Shown here piece by piece: positions 23,801 to 35,800 of a stretch of 64,000 nucleotides of DNA. The notes beneath the pieces were generated by a model. That model worked only from the letters and a program-made list of their open reading frames with translations. It made no database searches and had not been told where the DNA came from. The DNA lies in assembly GCA_964234715.1 (NCBI GenBank), contig OZ174280.1, one strand, 5' to 3'. The translations under genes were made by a program, and so were the position numbers. Every line of letters starts with the position of its first letter. Position 1 is the stretch's first letter. The stretch is from Podarcis melisellensis. Lineage: Eukaryota.

Positions 23801-26800
23801 CCATCCAGTTGCTACCATAGTCCTTGCTGGTGTTTGCAGACCTTTCCTTGCACCATGTCTAAATTTCTGCTCGTCCTTTGCACAGGTTGTTCCAGGCCAA
23901 TGAAGAAGAGGAGCCTGAGAAAAAGGAGGTCTCAGAGCTGCGTTCAGAGCTGTGGGAGAAGGAAATGAAACTGACCGACATACGTTTGGAGGCCCTAAAC
24001 TCTGCCCATCAGCTGGACCAACTGCGCGAAACTATGCACAACATGCAGGTGGGCATGATGTGCCCAGAAAAGCTAGCACCTCTCTGAGGCTGCAGATCTT
24101 TGCCTATTGCTGGGTCTCCATGCTCTTGACAGCAATTTTCTAAGCATTTTCTGTTGGTCAATTTGTTTCTTTCGCAAAGAGACAAAGCAGGCTGCGTGAA
24201 TGCCTTTCAATTGGCCCGGTGCCTGCTGGCAAGACACCATCATGAGACAGGTTACAGAAAAGATGGGGAGCCTGTGATGTTCCAGATGTTGGACTCTCCA
24301 CTCCCATTAGCTCCAGGCAGTGTGGTTGATGGTTGATGGTCAGGGTATGACGGAAGTTACAGACCAGCAGCATATGGTTTTCCCATCACTGGGTTGCATT
24401 TGCCTTATCCATTGGAGTGTCCTTATTTCCTGACATTGGTCCAGTAGCAGTGTTTTAAGCAAATTCATTGTTGCAAAGAAACTCCACAGAAGTACATTAT
24501 CTGAAGCAGAGTTGAGAGAGATGGCAGCAACAGTTTCTGAAGCTGAAACAGCTGCTTTGTTTGGGCAGCATTTTGAGAGACAGGCCACGAGCCATTTAAA
24601 TCAGGCACCTGCTCTCCTGGTAGGAAAGGGACCCTTGGATGGGAATTTGGCTGTGAAAATCTCTTTTTCCAATGTACAACCCTTGGGGAATGCTCCGTCT
24701 GTTAGGATTTTCTGCTGTAGTCTCCTTTTTAGGCTGTAGGAAGCCTTAATGTTATCAGCACTCACATTCCTGCCACTGCTGTCTTTTCATTCCCTGTAGC
24801 TGGAAGTGGATCTATTGAAAGCTGAGAACGACCGGCTGAAGGTGGTCCCTGGGCCCTCATCTGTGCCAAGCTCCATCCCAAGTCATGTCTTGAGCTCATC
24901 TGCCGTCTCTTCCCCAAGGCGCTCTCTAGGGCTCCAGCTCACCCACCCTTTCAGTCCCAGTTTGACTGATACAGGTATGAAACAAAGACAGAGTCACATA
25001 GAGATTCTAGTTCATTTGCTGTTGCAAAATCTCTGCTTCTGTTTTTTCAAGATATTTCCTTTGTGGAACAGGGATGGGAAAGAGAGGTGAGAAGGAAGAT
25101 TTGAGATCACCTTTGGATGGTTTGTGGGGACGGTGGCCTAGTTGTGCCTTGCATCAGGAATTTGGAGAATGAGAACCCTTTACAACATACTTGCAGAAAC
25201 AACAACAAAAATGGGACTCGTTGGCAGGATTTAAATAAACATTTACAACTTTATTTAAAGAGAACAAGACATATATTTAGCGATAACAGAACATTATGTA
25301 GCAGAATGTAACATTTGATGTAACAACCAGAAATGGAAGTTGGGGGGAGTCAACAGGGAAGGGGAAAAGTAGAAAATGGATGCTAAATGAGACATTGAAT
25401 AATTGTTATGAGAAAAGAAAATCAATATTTTTTTTTATAAAAAACAAACAATAATGGCACCCACCAAAAAAAAGGAATTTGGTTACAGTGACATTTGGTC
25501 ACATACTACAAATACTATGTTGATGCCATTGCTTTATTGCTTACTGATTGTATCTTAGTGGGAGAACCTACCTGGAGTTGAGACTAGGTCCAGGGCAAGA
25601 GAAGAGGTGCTGCACTGAAGACTAACAGGAGGTAGTTCTTGTGCTGGAGAGAGAGAAAAGTTGTATCAACCAAACTTGGAGGGGGGTGTCCCGGACTGTA
25701 TAGGAGAACCACTATGGCAGAGTCCAAAAGACACTAAACTGTAGGATTATAGAGGAAGGAAATATTTCACTTTGACACATGGGGATTCCTGGCAATACCA
25801 TCAATGGTTTCTACTTCTGCACAGTGTATATACTTATTTTCCCCTTCTCCAGAGCTTTCGCCAATGGATGGCATCAGTGCTGGCACCCAGAGGGATGAGG
25901 TGACACTACGAATTGTAGTGCGCATGCCACCTCAGCACATCATCAAAGGGGTAAGCATCAGTGGAAAAGTGGGGAGAGGCATTATCCAGCTGCAATTTAT
26001 GGTCTGAGGACAATGCTGAGTTGATCCGGTTGCCATTGTAAACTGGTAGCGGCAGATTCCAAATCTCAGCCACTTTTATATCTTGCTTTTGGCTTCCAGG
26101 ACCTGAAGCAGCAGGAATTCTATCTGGGCAGTAGCAAAGTGAGTGGGAAACTGGATTGGAAAATGCTGGATGAAGCCGTCTGTCAGGTCTTCAAGGTGAG
26201 ATGCTAACAGCAACTTTGTACTTGTGATAACATCTTCAGAAACTTCATTCCACATTTATGGGATGCTGAACCAACTTCTACACCTCTCACCCTGTCCTGC
26301 ACAGCATACATGGTTCTCTTTCCCCTCATTTTATGCTTGCAGCAACTCTGCAAGGTAGCTAAGGGTAAGGTTATGTAGCTGGCCCAAAGTTATCCAGGGG
26401 CAACTCCCTTCTCACAGCCTCTTCTAATGACTTACAGCAACCCGATAAAAAAATCTTTGGTTTGCCCAGACATCTGGAGGTTTGTGAGTGAGCAAGTGCC
26501 TGTTTCTGTTTTAATTTACTACTAGTGGTTGTGGTTCTTCTTTTATTTTTTATTTTTGCACTGATTGCTATTTTATTTGGTTAAAAACAACAACACATTG
26601 TAAGCTACCCCAAGAACTGTGGTTAGTAGTGGATACTTCAAAACAAAAGGTTCTAACCAGTCTAGCATCAGGCTTACTCCTGACCTGAACCAATCTACTC
26701 CTTGTCTTCACTCAGGACTACGTCACCAAGATGGACCCTGCTCTCACACTGGGGCTCAGCATTGAGTCTGTCTATGGTTATAGCATCAGCCACATCAAGC

Positions 26801-29800
26801 GAGTCTTGGACACAGAGCCACCAGAAATGCCGGCCTGCCGACGGGGTGTGACCAGCATCGCTGTGACATTGAAAGGTACCCCCACAGCTATCTTGACACG
26901 CATTTATTACCAGCGATATGCCAGGCCACCTCTGCTTGATCCTTTGCTTCTATCTGGTTCAGTTCCAAGCAGGGTCAAAGGGCGGGGTAGAAAGCAACAT
27001 GGACCTCTAAATTAGAGAGCCTCTGGAAAGCACTACTGAAGTCAGAAGAGGCAGCACTGGAACCCTGGTCTTCTATAAGTTACTGAACTACAGCTCCCAT
27101 CATCCCTGGCCAATGGCCATGTTTGCTGGGGCTGATGGGAGTTGTAGTTCAGCAAACATCCAGCGGGCCAAAGGTTCCCCACATCTGCTGTAGGTGAAAA
27201 CCTATGTTTGGCTTTACTGAAAGGAATATACAGTGGTACCTTGGGTTAAGTACTTAATTTGTTCTGGAAGTCCGTTCTTAACCTGAAACTGTTCTTAACC
27301 TGAAGCATCACGATAGCTAATGGGGCCTCCTGCTGCTGCCGTGCCGCTGGAGCACAATTTCTATTCTCATCCTGAAGCAAAGTTCTTAACCCGAGGTACT
27401 ATTTCTGGGTTAGCGGAGTCTGTAACCTGAAGCGTATGTAAGCTGAAGCGTATGTAACCCGAGGTACCACTGTATACTGCAATGTGGCTGCTAAAAATAT
27501 TGAATGTGATCTTAGGCTGCATTAATAGTATCCAGATCACAAGACGTAATAGTTCTGCATCTTAAGTACAGTGGTGCCCCACAAGACGAACGCCTCGCAA
27601 GACGGAAAACCCGCTAGACGAAAGGGTTTTCCGTTTTGGAGGCGCTTCGCAAAACGAATTTCCCTATGGGCTTCCTTCGCAAGACGAAAGCCCATAAGGA
27701 AATCTCCGGGACAGCGGGGAAGCGCAGCGCGTCTTCCCCACTGTCCTCGGACCTCCTCCGAAGGCTGGCAGTGGGGCGGAGAGACCTTCTCCCCCCGCCA
27801 GGCTTCGGAAGGCTGCTCCAAAGGCTGGCGGTGGGGCGGAGAGACCTTCTCCCCCCGCCAGGCTTCGGAAGGCTGCTCCAAAGGCTGGCGGTGGGGCGGA
27901 GAGCCCTTCTCCGCACCGCCAGACTGGCAAGCGTTCTCCATAGGAACGCATTAATTGATTTTCAATGCATTCCTATGGGAAACCTTGCTTCGCAAGATGA
28001 AAAACTCGCAAGAAGAAAAAACTTGCGATATGAATTAATTTCGTCTTGCGAGGCACCACTGTACATACTGTCCAGTTCTGGGCACCACATTGACAAATAG
28101 GCGAGCATTTCTGGAAGAGAGCAGACAGCATAGTGAGGGATCTGGAAACTTCAGTCTTTTGAGGAATTGTTGAAAGGGCTAGGTATATGTAGGGTATGTA
28201 CATGATAAGATATTAAGGGGATAAATGATTGTGGTTTTCAAGTATCTGAGGTGAAGTAAAGGAGGAGATGCAGCAATTCTTTTTCTCCCTTGCTCCATAG
28301 AGCAGGCAGCAGATTTCAGCTAAACATTAGGAGAAGCTTCCTAATGGTAATTCCCCCTCTACACACACACTCTGAACAGACTGTCTTGGGAGATAGGTGG
28401 GCTCTCCCTTTACTGGAGGCTTTTAAGCTGAAGCTGGGATGCTGTCAGTTAGGTCTGCTGTAGTTGTATCCTGCATACAGCAAGGGGTTGAACCGCATGA
28501 CCTCCTAGGTCCCTTTTAACTGGGATGGTTATAAATATTATTCCTGTAGTTCTGATACAGAGTTGAAATAGGAGTGCCGTATCCCATTTCATGGGACGCG
28601 GGTGGCGCTCTGGGTTAAACCACAGAGCCTAGGTCTTGCCGATCAGAATGTTGGCGGTTCAAATCCCCGAGACAGGGTGAGCTCCCATTGCTCGGTCCCT
28701 GCTCCTGCCAACCTAGCAGTTCAAAAGCACGTCAAAGTGCAAGTAGATAAATAGGTACCACTCCAGCGGGAAGGTAAACAGCATTTCCGTGCGCTGCTCT
28801 GGTTCGCCAGAAGTGGCTTAGTCATGCTGGCCACATGACCTGGAAGCTGTACGCCGGCTCCCTCGGCCAATAAAGCGAGATGAGCATCGCAACCCCAGAG
28901 TTGGTCATGACTGGACCTAGTGGTCAGGGGTCCCTTTACCTTTATCCCATTTCAGACTCTTTATCTAAACCATAATTTATATTATTAGGCTCAAACAGCA
29001 GTGAACTTTGCACGTTCTCCATCTTTACATCTCTGTATTGAAAAGGAGGAGGAGATATAATTTTCTCCTTAAAACACACCCCAGTTCCGTCCTGCTACCA
29101 ACTGTGGTTTGTTCTAACAAAACTTACTTAAAACAAACCTCCTGGCTTTCAAACTTTGGTCGGAACAAATCTCCCAGACCAGAGAGATATATATCAGACT
29201 GCTATACATGAAGTAGTGATATATTTACTCAAGAAGAAACAGTGTCCTCAAATCATGAAAAGGTTGGGGAGGATGCTTTTGGAGGAAAGAGCCTACCATG
29301 CAAGAAAAGGGAACCACAAATGTTATTAAAGTCCTGAGTGTGAGAGGGGAGGCCTTTCAACAGCTGCATTCTTCTACACAGGTTTGAAAGAGAAGTGTGT
29401 GGACAGCTTGGTGTTTGAGACCCTTATCCCCAAGCCCATGATGCAGCACTACATAAGCCTTCTGCTCAAGCACCGCCGCCTTATCCTTTCTGGGCCAAGT
29501 GGAACTGGCAAAACCTACCTAACGAATCGTCTGGCTGAGTATTTGGTGGAGCGCTCAGGCCGTGAAGTCACTGATGGCATTGTCAACACTTTCAATATGC
29601 ACCAGCAGTCATGCAAGGTGTGAAACTCCTTGCCTGGGACTGTCTACTTGGGAATTTCTGTACTTCCGCGCTCTCTGATCCCTAGCACAGCCCTGCTTGA
29701 TTACCTTCATTCTTAAGTCACAGACTCCTTGTAATTTCAGGTGGAAGAACCTTAGGCATACTAGTTGCAATCCTTGATCCCCCAACACAACTCTGTACAT

Positions 29801-32800
29801 ATCTACCCAGAACCCTGTGAGTTCAGTAGAACGTACTCCCTAGTAAGTAGGTATTATGATAGCAGGTATAAGAGGAATTAAACATAGTGCTAAGCACTTC
29901 GTCAGCATGAGCATTTCTGCTTGCCTGATGGAATTATCTACCCTCTTCTCCACTCACACACTGTTCCATGGATTCTCACAATCCCCCTCCCCAAAGCCTT
30001 TTTTTGGGGTGGGGGGAAGCCCCTTTGTGCTAGCAGAAGTCCTTGCATGGTCTTCCACGGACAAGGCTTATCCCTCCCATATTCTTCATTACCAGCCTTT
30101 TGCCAATGTGGCCCTCCAATCCAAACTAGCCCTCCTCAATTCTAAGCCCAGTTCTCAGCCTGGGGGAAATCACTATTCCTTATATCCTTGCATTTCTTCT
30201 TATACTAATATGTAGTGTGTGTGTGTGTATTCCACATGCTGATACAGTGACTTCCATTTTGCATCTTTCTTTACCAGGACCTACAGCTTTACCTCTCCAA
30301 TCTGGCCAATCAGATTGATCGGGAAACAGGGATAGATGTGCCATTGGTCATCCTTCTTGATGACCTCAGTGAGCCTGGCTCTATCAGCGAGCTCGTCAAC
30401 GGAGCACTCACCTGCAAGTACCACAAATGGTGAGAGACTGATTTACAGTAATGCCGCATTTGACTCCTACCTCTTAATAGCAATCTTACACTTGAGGATT
30501 ATTCTGAAACAGGGGTGACTAACCTTTTCTGGGTCAAGGGCTGCTTTATCTCATGGTCAGGGGCTGCATGTTGAAGTGGGTATAGCAAAAGTGAGTGAAG
30601 TTGCTTTCCAAAGGACAGTCCCGTTAGCTTTTAATACACAATTTTCAATAGTTTATTATAAAATTAAGAAGAAAATTATTTTTATTTTTTATTTTTGGTG
30701 TTGTTGTTTTTTTAAAATGATAGTTTGGAGGGTGGGGGGGTCGTGGGATGGCCCCAAAAACTCTTTGGCATCACGGTGGTGGATCTATGGGAGCAATCAG
30801 TTAAAATTTTGTTTACATTTTGGAGGGGGGGAGGTGAATCTATGGGAGCAGCCATTTTTTATTTTTTAAAAAAGAAATATAAAATTTTTTTGTTAAAGAG
30901 TGGCAAGTGTGGGGAGGCCACTAACATCCTTCTTGGGAGTCCCGGATATTGTGTTCTAACATAAGAGCACTGCTGAATCAGGTCAAAGGCATTTATGCTC
31001 TACAGCTCACAAGGTCTGGCAGATGGTGTGGTGCTGTGGTACCCTGCAGTGTATATGGCTCTGCCTATCTTGCCGCTCTCAGTGGGGCAATTGTTGATGA
31101 TGTTATGGCTTTACTAGTGTCTCAGGCCTGCATCATAACTGTCTCTTGATTTCCCTACCAAGGAAGAGAACTTCTCCGCCCCTTGTTCTATGTCATGGAG
31201 TGGCCAAACCATGGCACAATTAATATTAATGTTATTTAATGGGCTTACATACCACTTTTTGTCACAGGTGATCTCAAAGCAATTTACATTAAAAAATAGG
31301 TCATATCATAAGTCAAGTCACAGGACACAATTCAGATAACATGTAGAAATGTCAGCAGCATTGATATTAATAATTAAACCACACCAGCACATGACAGCAG
31401 GTTGTGCATGAATGATGCAACAACATCGCTTGAACAAATTGTTTGGATCTCCATGGGATTGGACCTACCCACATGTAGTTGAGTCATTTAGATTTTATTT
31501 GTTTAGCTTTCAAATACTACATGCCTTCAAGCTCTTGATTTGGTCCTGGAAGGCAGCGAATTCACAGTGAATAAGACAAAATTCATTTGAGTGATAGGGA
31601 TTTTAGCCGCAGCATCCCTGCAGGTTACTGAGCCTGCCTTTCCAGCATTCTTGTGTTGCCTGCTCTCCAGCTCAGCTAGGAGCAAAACCATTCCAAGACC
31701 AAGGTGGCCATGTCCACATTGTACTGTACATGGGTGGAAAGTGGCCTTGCCAGAAAAGGTTGAGCAGTACTCTGCTATGAGCCCATCTTTTCTTTGGCCA
31801 GAGAGAGGTGTGTACCCCATTACCAAGAATTTCTGGGCCAGGGAAAAAGCTTCAGATGCTATTAAGGACACAGCCAAGTTTTATTACACATTCAGATTTT
31901 TAAATTCCACCTTTGTAGGAAAAGTGCATACTGTAGGAAGCTTGCAGAATTCTAGGTTGGATGAGCTGATTCAGCAGAGCTCTTCTTATGTTCTTAATAT
32001 CCTAAATATAGGACTGTTGTCATATCAGCTTTTGGCACATGCCTGAATCTCAGCACAGCCCTTGTTCTTATTAGCAAAACTTCCCTCCATTTAACTTTTT
32101 TCCTCTTCATAGCTCTGTTCCACTGTCTCTTACAGAGTGGAGGAGGGAATTGATATGAGCAAGAGACATTGCATTAGTCATAGTCAAAACCACTTCTAGA
32201 TGTGAGGAAGGCACTGTGTTGAGAGCTGGGGAGTGACAGAGTAAACAGTTTCCAGACATTCCCCCTGTTAGCATACATCATCTTTGATAGAGCTGCTGTT
32301 CTCTCTCCCACCAGCCCCTATATCATTGGGACAACCAACCAGCCTGTGAAGATGACTCCAAATCATGGCCTTCATCTCAGCTTCAGGTAAGGGCAGAAAT
32401 AATGATCCCAATGGAGGAGGCAGGATTGTGCTGGGCTTTGAAATAGCACCTCCTCTGTTCCCACCTGACAGTTCCAGAAGCTGTTGTTCTGCTATGGGAA
32501 GGACTATATATAATCCCTATCATTACTAACCTGTCATCTTAATGCTACAGGATGCTGACATTCTCTAATAACGTGGAGCCAGCCAATGGCTTCCTGGTGC
32601 GCTATCTACGCCGGAAGCTGCTTGAGTCCGACAGCGATGTCAATGCCAACCGGGAGGAGTTGCTGCGTGTGCTGGACTGGGTGCCCAAGCTCTGGTACCA
32701 TTTGCACACCTTCCTGGAGAAGCACAGCACCTCTGACTTCCTCATTGGTAAGTGGTGGATTGAGCTATGCTGGCTGGAGATACTGTCAGGAACAAGGATT

Positions 32801-35800
32801 GCCATTCAGGAAACAGGGGAGGGATGTTGAATGTTGTTGTTGTTTCCAGTGGTTAACTAATGGAGGGATTCCAGAGCTCAAGGCTGCATAAAAGCTACAA
32901 CCTGTCTTTTGGCATGCTTGCCATTTATTCCTAGTAAATTAGGTGTTTGCTTTTTTCCCACCATTGAGTAATCAGTCTGCATATACTCAGAGGCACCCTC
33001 AATTGTTAGTCCAAGTTTGCCATTGCAGAATAATTGCTTGATTTCCTTATGTCAGCATAGGACCACTGGCTGGACTGTGGTTCCACCCCTTTGATAAAGG
33101 TAGGAGTCAAAATTTAGGAAGTAGGCAGCTTCCTCTTCAGTTTAATGGTTTTAATTTTCTGGCTCCAATTAAGCCCTGCTTTCTGCTACATGTTTAACAG
33201 CCAAATACCAGAAGTTCTCTTCAGTATTTCAGATGCAGATCAGATCCAAGGTATGGATTGGTCAATAGTTTAGTCATTCCTTTTGGGGTGTTGGTTCCTC
33301 TGTCTGCTTCAGAGCCTTGTTTGATTAACCCCTGGAAAGTGACAGCAATTAGGGAATGTACTGATGTATTGAATTGGTATTCTTCTTTCCCTACAAGTAG
33401 TTCAGTGTTGCAGAGATGAGGTTGTCTTCACAAACATCTGATTAAGTTTGCTAGACTAAGATATAGTGACTTGAACTGGACCAGTAAACCTATTGGTGCA
33501 AGTATACCCAATACACTTCACTGACTTACTGTATCTGGCATAACAGTAATCCTCTGAGGCAAAGAACATTGCATGGGATTGGTGTTCTTTTGTGGGCTAC
33601 TAGCTAATGCTCCCCATTTTCCTTTTCCTTACTAGGTCCCTGTTTCTTCCTGTCATGCCCCATTGGTATTGAGGATTTCCGGACCTGGTTCATTGATCTG
33701 TGGAACAATTCCATCATCCCCTACCTTCAGGAGGGAGCAAAGGATGGGATCAAGGTACATTTACCCACATCCACATCCTCACTAGTAATGGTGACTGTGC
33801 ACTGCACCCATTTACATGGGTGGATTACTTAGTTAGAAGCTGCACTGCTTGAAATTGTCCATCATCAAGTATCTTGCAGCAAAGCTGTTTCTTCAAATGT
33901 CATCCAGCTCCTGCTTGAATGTACTCTGAGCTTCCACCCACCCAAAAGATGGGGGGGAGTGCATGTATATGTGACTTGTTTCTCAGTATTATTTTATGCC
34001 TATCCCCACTGCAGGTGCATGGGCAGAAAGCTGCCTGGGAAGATCCTGTGGAATGGGTGCGAGACACGTTGCCATGGCCATCGGCCCAACAAGACCAGTC
34101 AAAGCTCTATCACCTTCCCCCACCCAGTGTGGGGCCCCACAGCACTGTCTCACCCCCAGAGGAGCGGAGTGGCAAGGATACTACACCCAACTCTCTGGAA
34201 TCAGACCCCTTGGTATGTCTTCTGGCTGCAAAGGGGAACTGCTGCCAAACAAGAGGCTTTTGAAGGCTGGCTCTCTTTGGCACAAGGGAATTAAGTTGGG
34301 ACCACAATCCATCTGTTGGATGAGTGGCCAAACTCTTTCTGTGACATGGCATACCTTGCCAACCATTGCTTTGTCACAACAGTTGTAGCAGGCACCTTGG
34401 TTACTGGAGCACAGTTCCTTGACACCAGAGGTTGCTGGATCCTACAGTAGGCTGCGTTTCCTGAGGGTTAGGGGCTTAGCCAAACAAGTACCATATGACA
34501 GCTTTCCAATGACTATAAAACAACACTCCTGTGCCAGTTTGCCTTTAGGGGGAAGTAGAAAAGCAGTGACTCTCCCCTTCTCACTTGGAAATCTCCCCTT
34601 CTTAGCTTTTGAACACTGTTCTGTAGAACTGTATGTTCCTACTAATCAGGACCTTGCCCCGCCTTGCAAAAGGATTTCCCCTGCTTTTCATGTTTGTAGG
34701 ACCCTCTCAAATAATTCAGTGCATTGTGTTTTTTGCAGTACAGTTTTTGAGGCATAAAGAAGCCAGGTTTTCTGCCCAGCTAAGGAATATGCTTGATAAG
34801 ATCCATCGGGAGCCAGGATAGATTTATCATATGTATGAGTTGCATACATTGAAACTAGTCCTTGGTGTTCTTTCTTCAATCTCAGAAGTCTGGCTGAGCA
34901 GTGTTGAGTTAACCCCTCCACTGGCTTATATCATTTCTCATATACACAGAGGGGTGGGTGTATTGGAAGCTTCAAACATACTGGGAACACCAGAGCCCAT
35001 TCTAGGTTTCGTCAGCTGCAAGTCTTCCCATCTCACTGCGCATCCAGCATGTCCAATGTGTCTCACTGTGTGTCCAGCAAAATCCACTGGGACAATTGTA
35101 TTGTAACGGAATAAAAACTCTTCTCTGCAGTGCATTGGCAACCTCTGTAGGTTACCAATGCAGCATCGGTGACCTCTTTAGCAAGCATAAACACCCTCCA
35201 CAAGATAGAAGAGCCTTAAAATGACTGTGCTGGGCAGCACTGCAAGGAAGCGGCCACAGGATGGCATGATAAGTGTAAACCAGAGAAAGAAGCTGCCTCT
35301 ACATACTGAATGAAATAGCTACATGGGATAGTTTTTAGCTTTGCTGGTGCACGTACACAATGCAGCAATGACAGCCTATATTCCTTTGTAAGCCATGAGG
35401 AAAACCGCTGTGTAGTATATGAGTAGTCTTGAAATCTACCACTTGGGAACCACATTCCTAGCAGATTTGTACTGAGGGATATTGGTGCAGTTATGTGTAG
35501 GAAATGTAGGATGGGCTATGTTGGGAATCTAAGGTGAGATACCCATGCAGTGAAAGTTGCTGCACACAGAAGCAGCTTAAGATACAAATAATTTACTGTT
35601 GCAGAAGATAAGGCTCAGTAAAACAGTTCTGGACATAGATATATACAGGTTGTAGGCTTTTGCAGATACAGATATATACAGATTCATACATGTATAAAGT
35701 GTCTCCATTGCTCCAAATAAACTTCAGCAGTTAACAAACACTACTAAGTTGACATGCATTTATCACAGATATAGTTGGGTCATTGAGCTGTTAACATAGC

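Larger units (their letters stand above)
27475..28535 (+). mobile_element. Old CR1 LINE 3' fragment interrupted by the 27569 MITE
   Basis: CR1 hallmarks gatcttaggctgcattaa, gtccagttctgggcaccaca, and tail ggggttgaac..atgacctcc.aggtccctt. Confidence 0.75.

Noticed and set aside
23790-23885. An extra small exon or upstream acceptor supplying the roughly 10 residues recalled from mammalian NAV1 before LFxANEEEE
   Set aside because: An in-frame TAA lies just upstream of the acceptor and no phase-compatible exon was found. The two flanking exons join correctly without it.
27761-27915. CRISPR-like array
   Set aside because: Contiguous tandem units without unique spacers, in vertebrate DNA.
27537-28100. 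Overlapping repetitive ORFs in several frames
   Set aside because: Artefact of the stop-free 60-bp repeat within a MITE.
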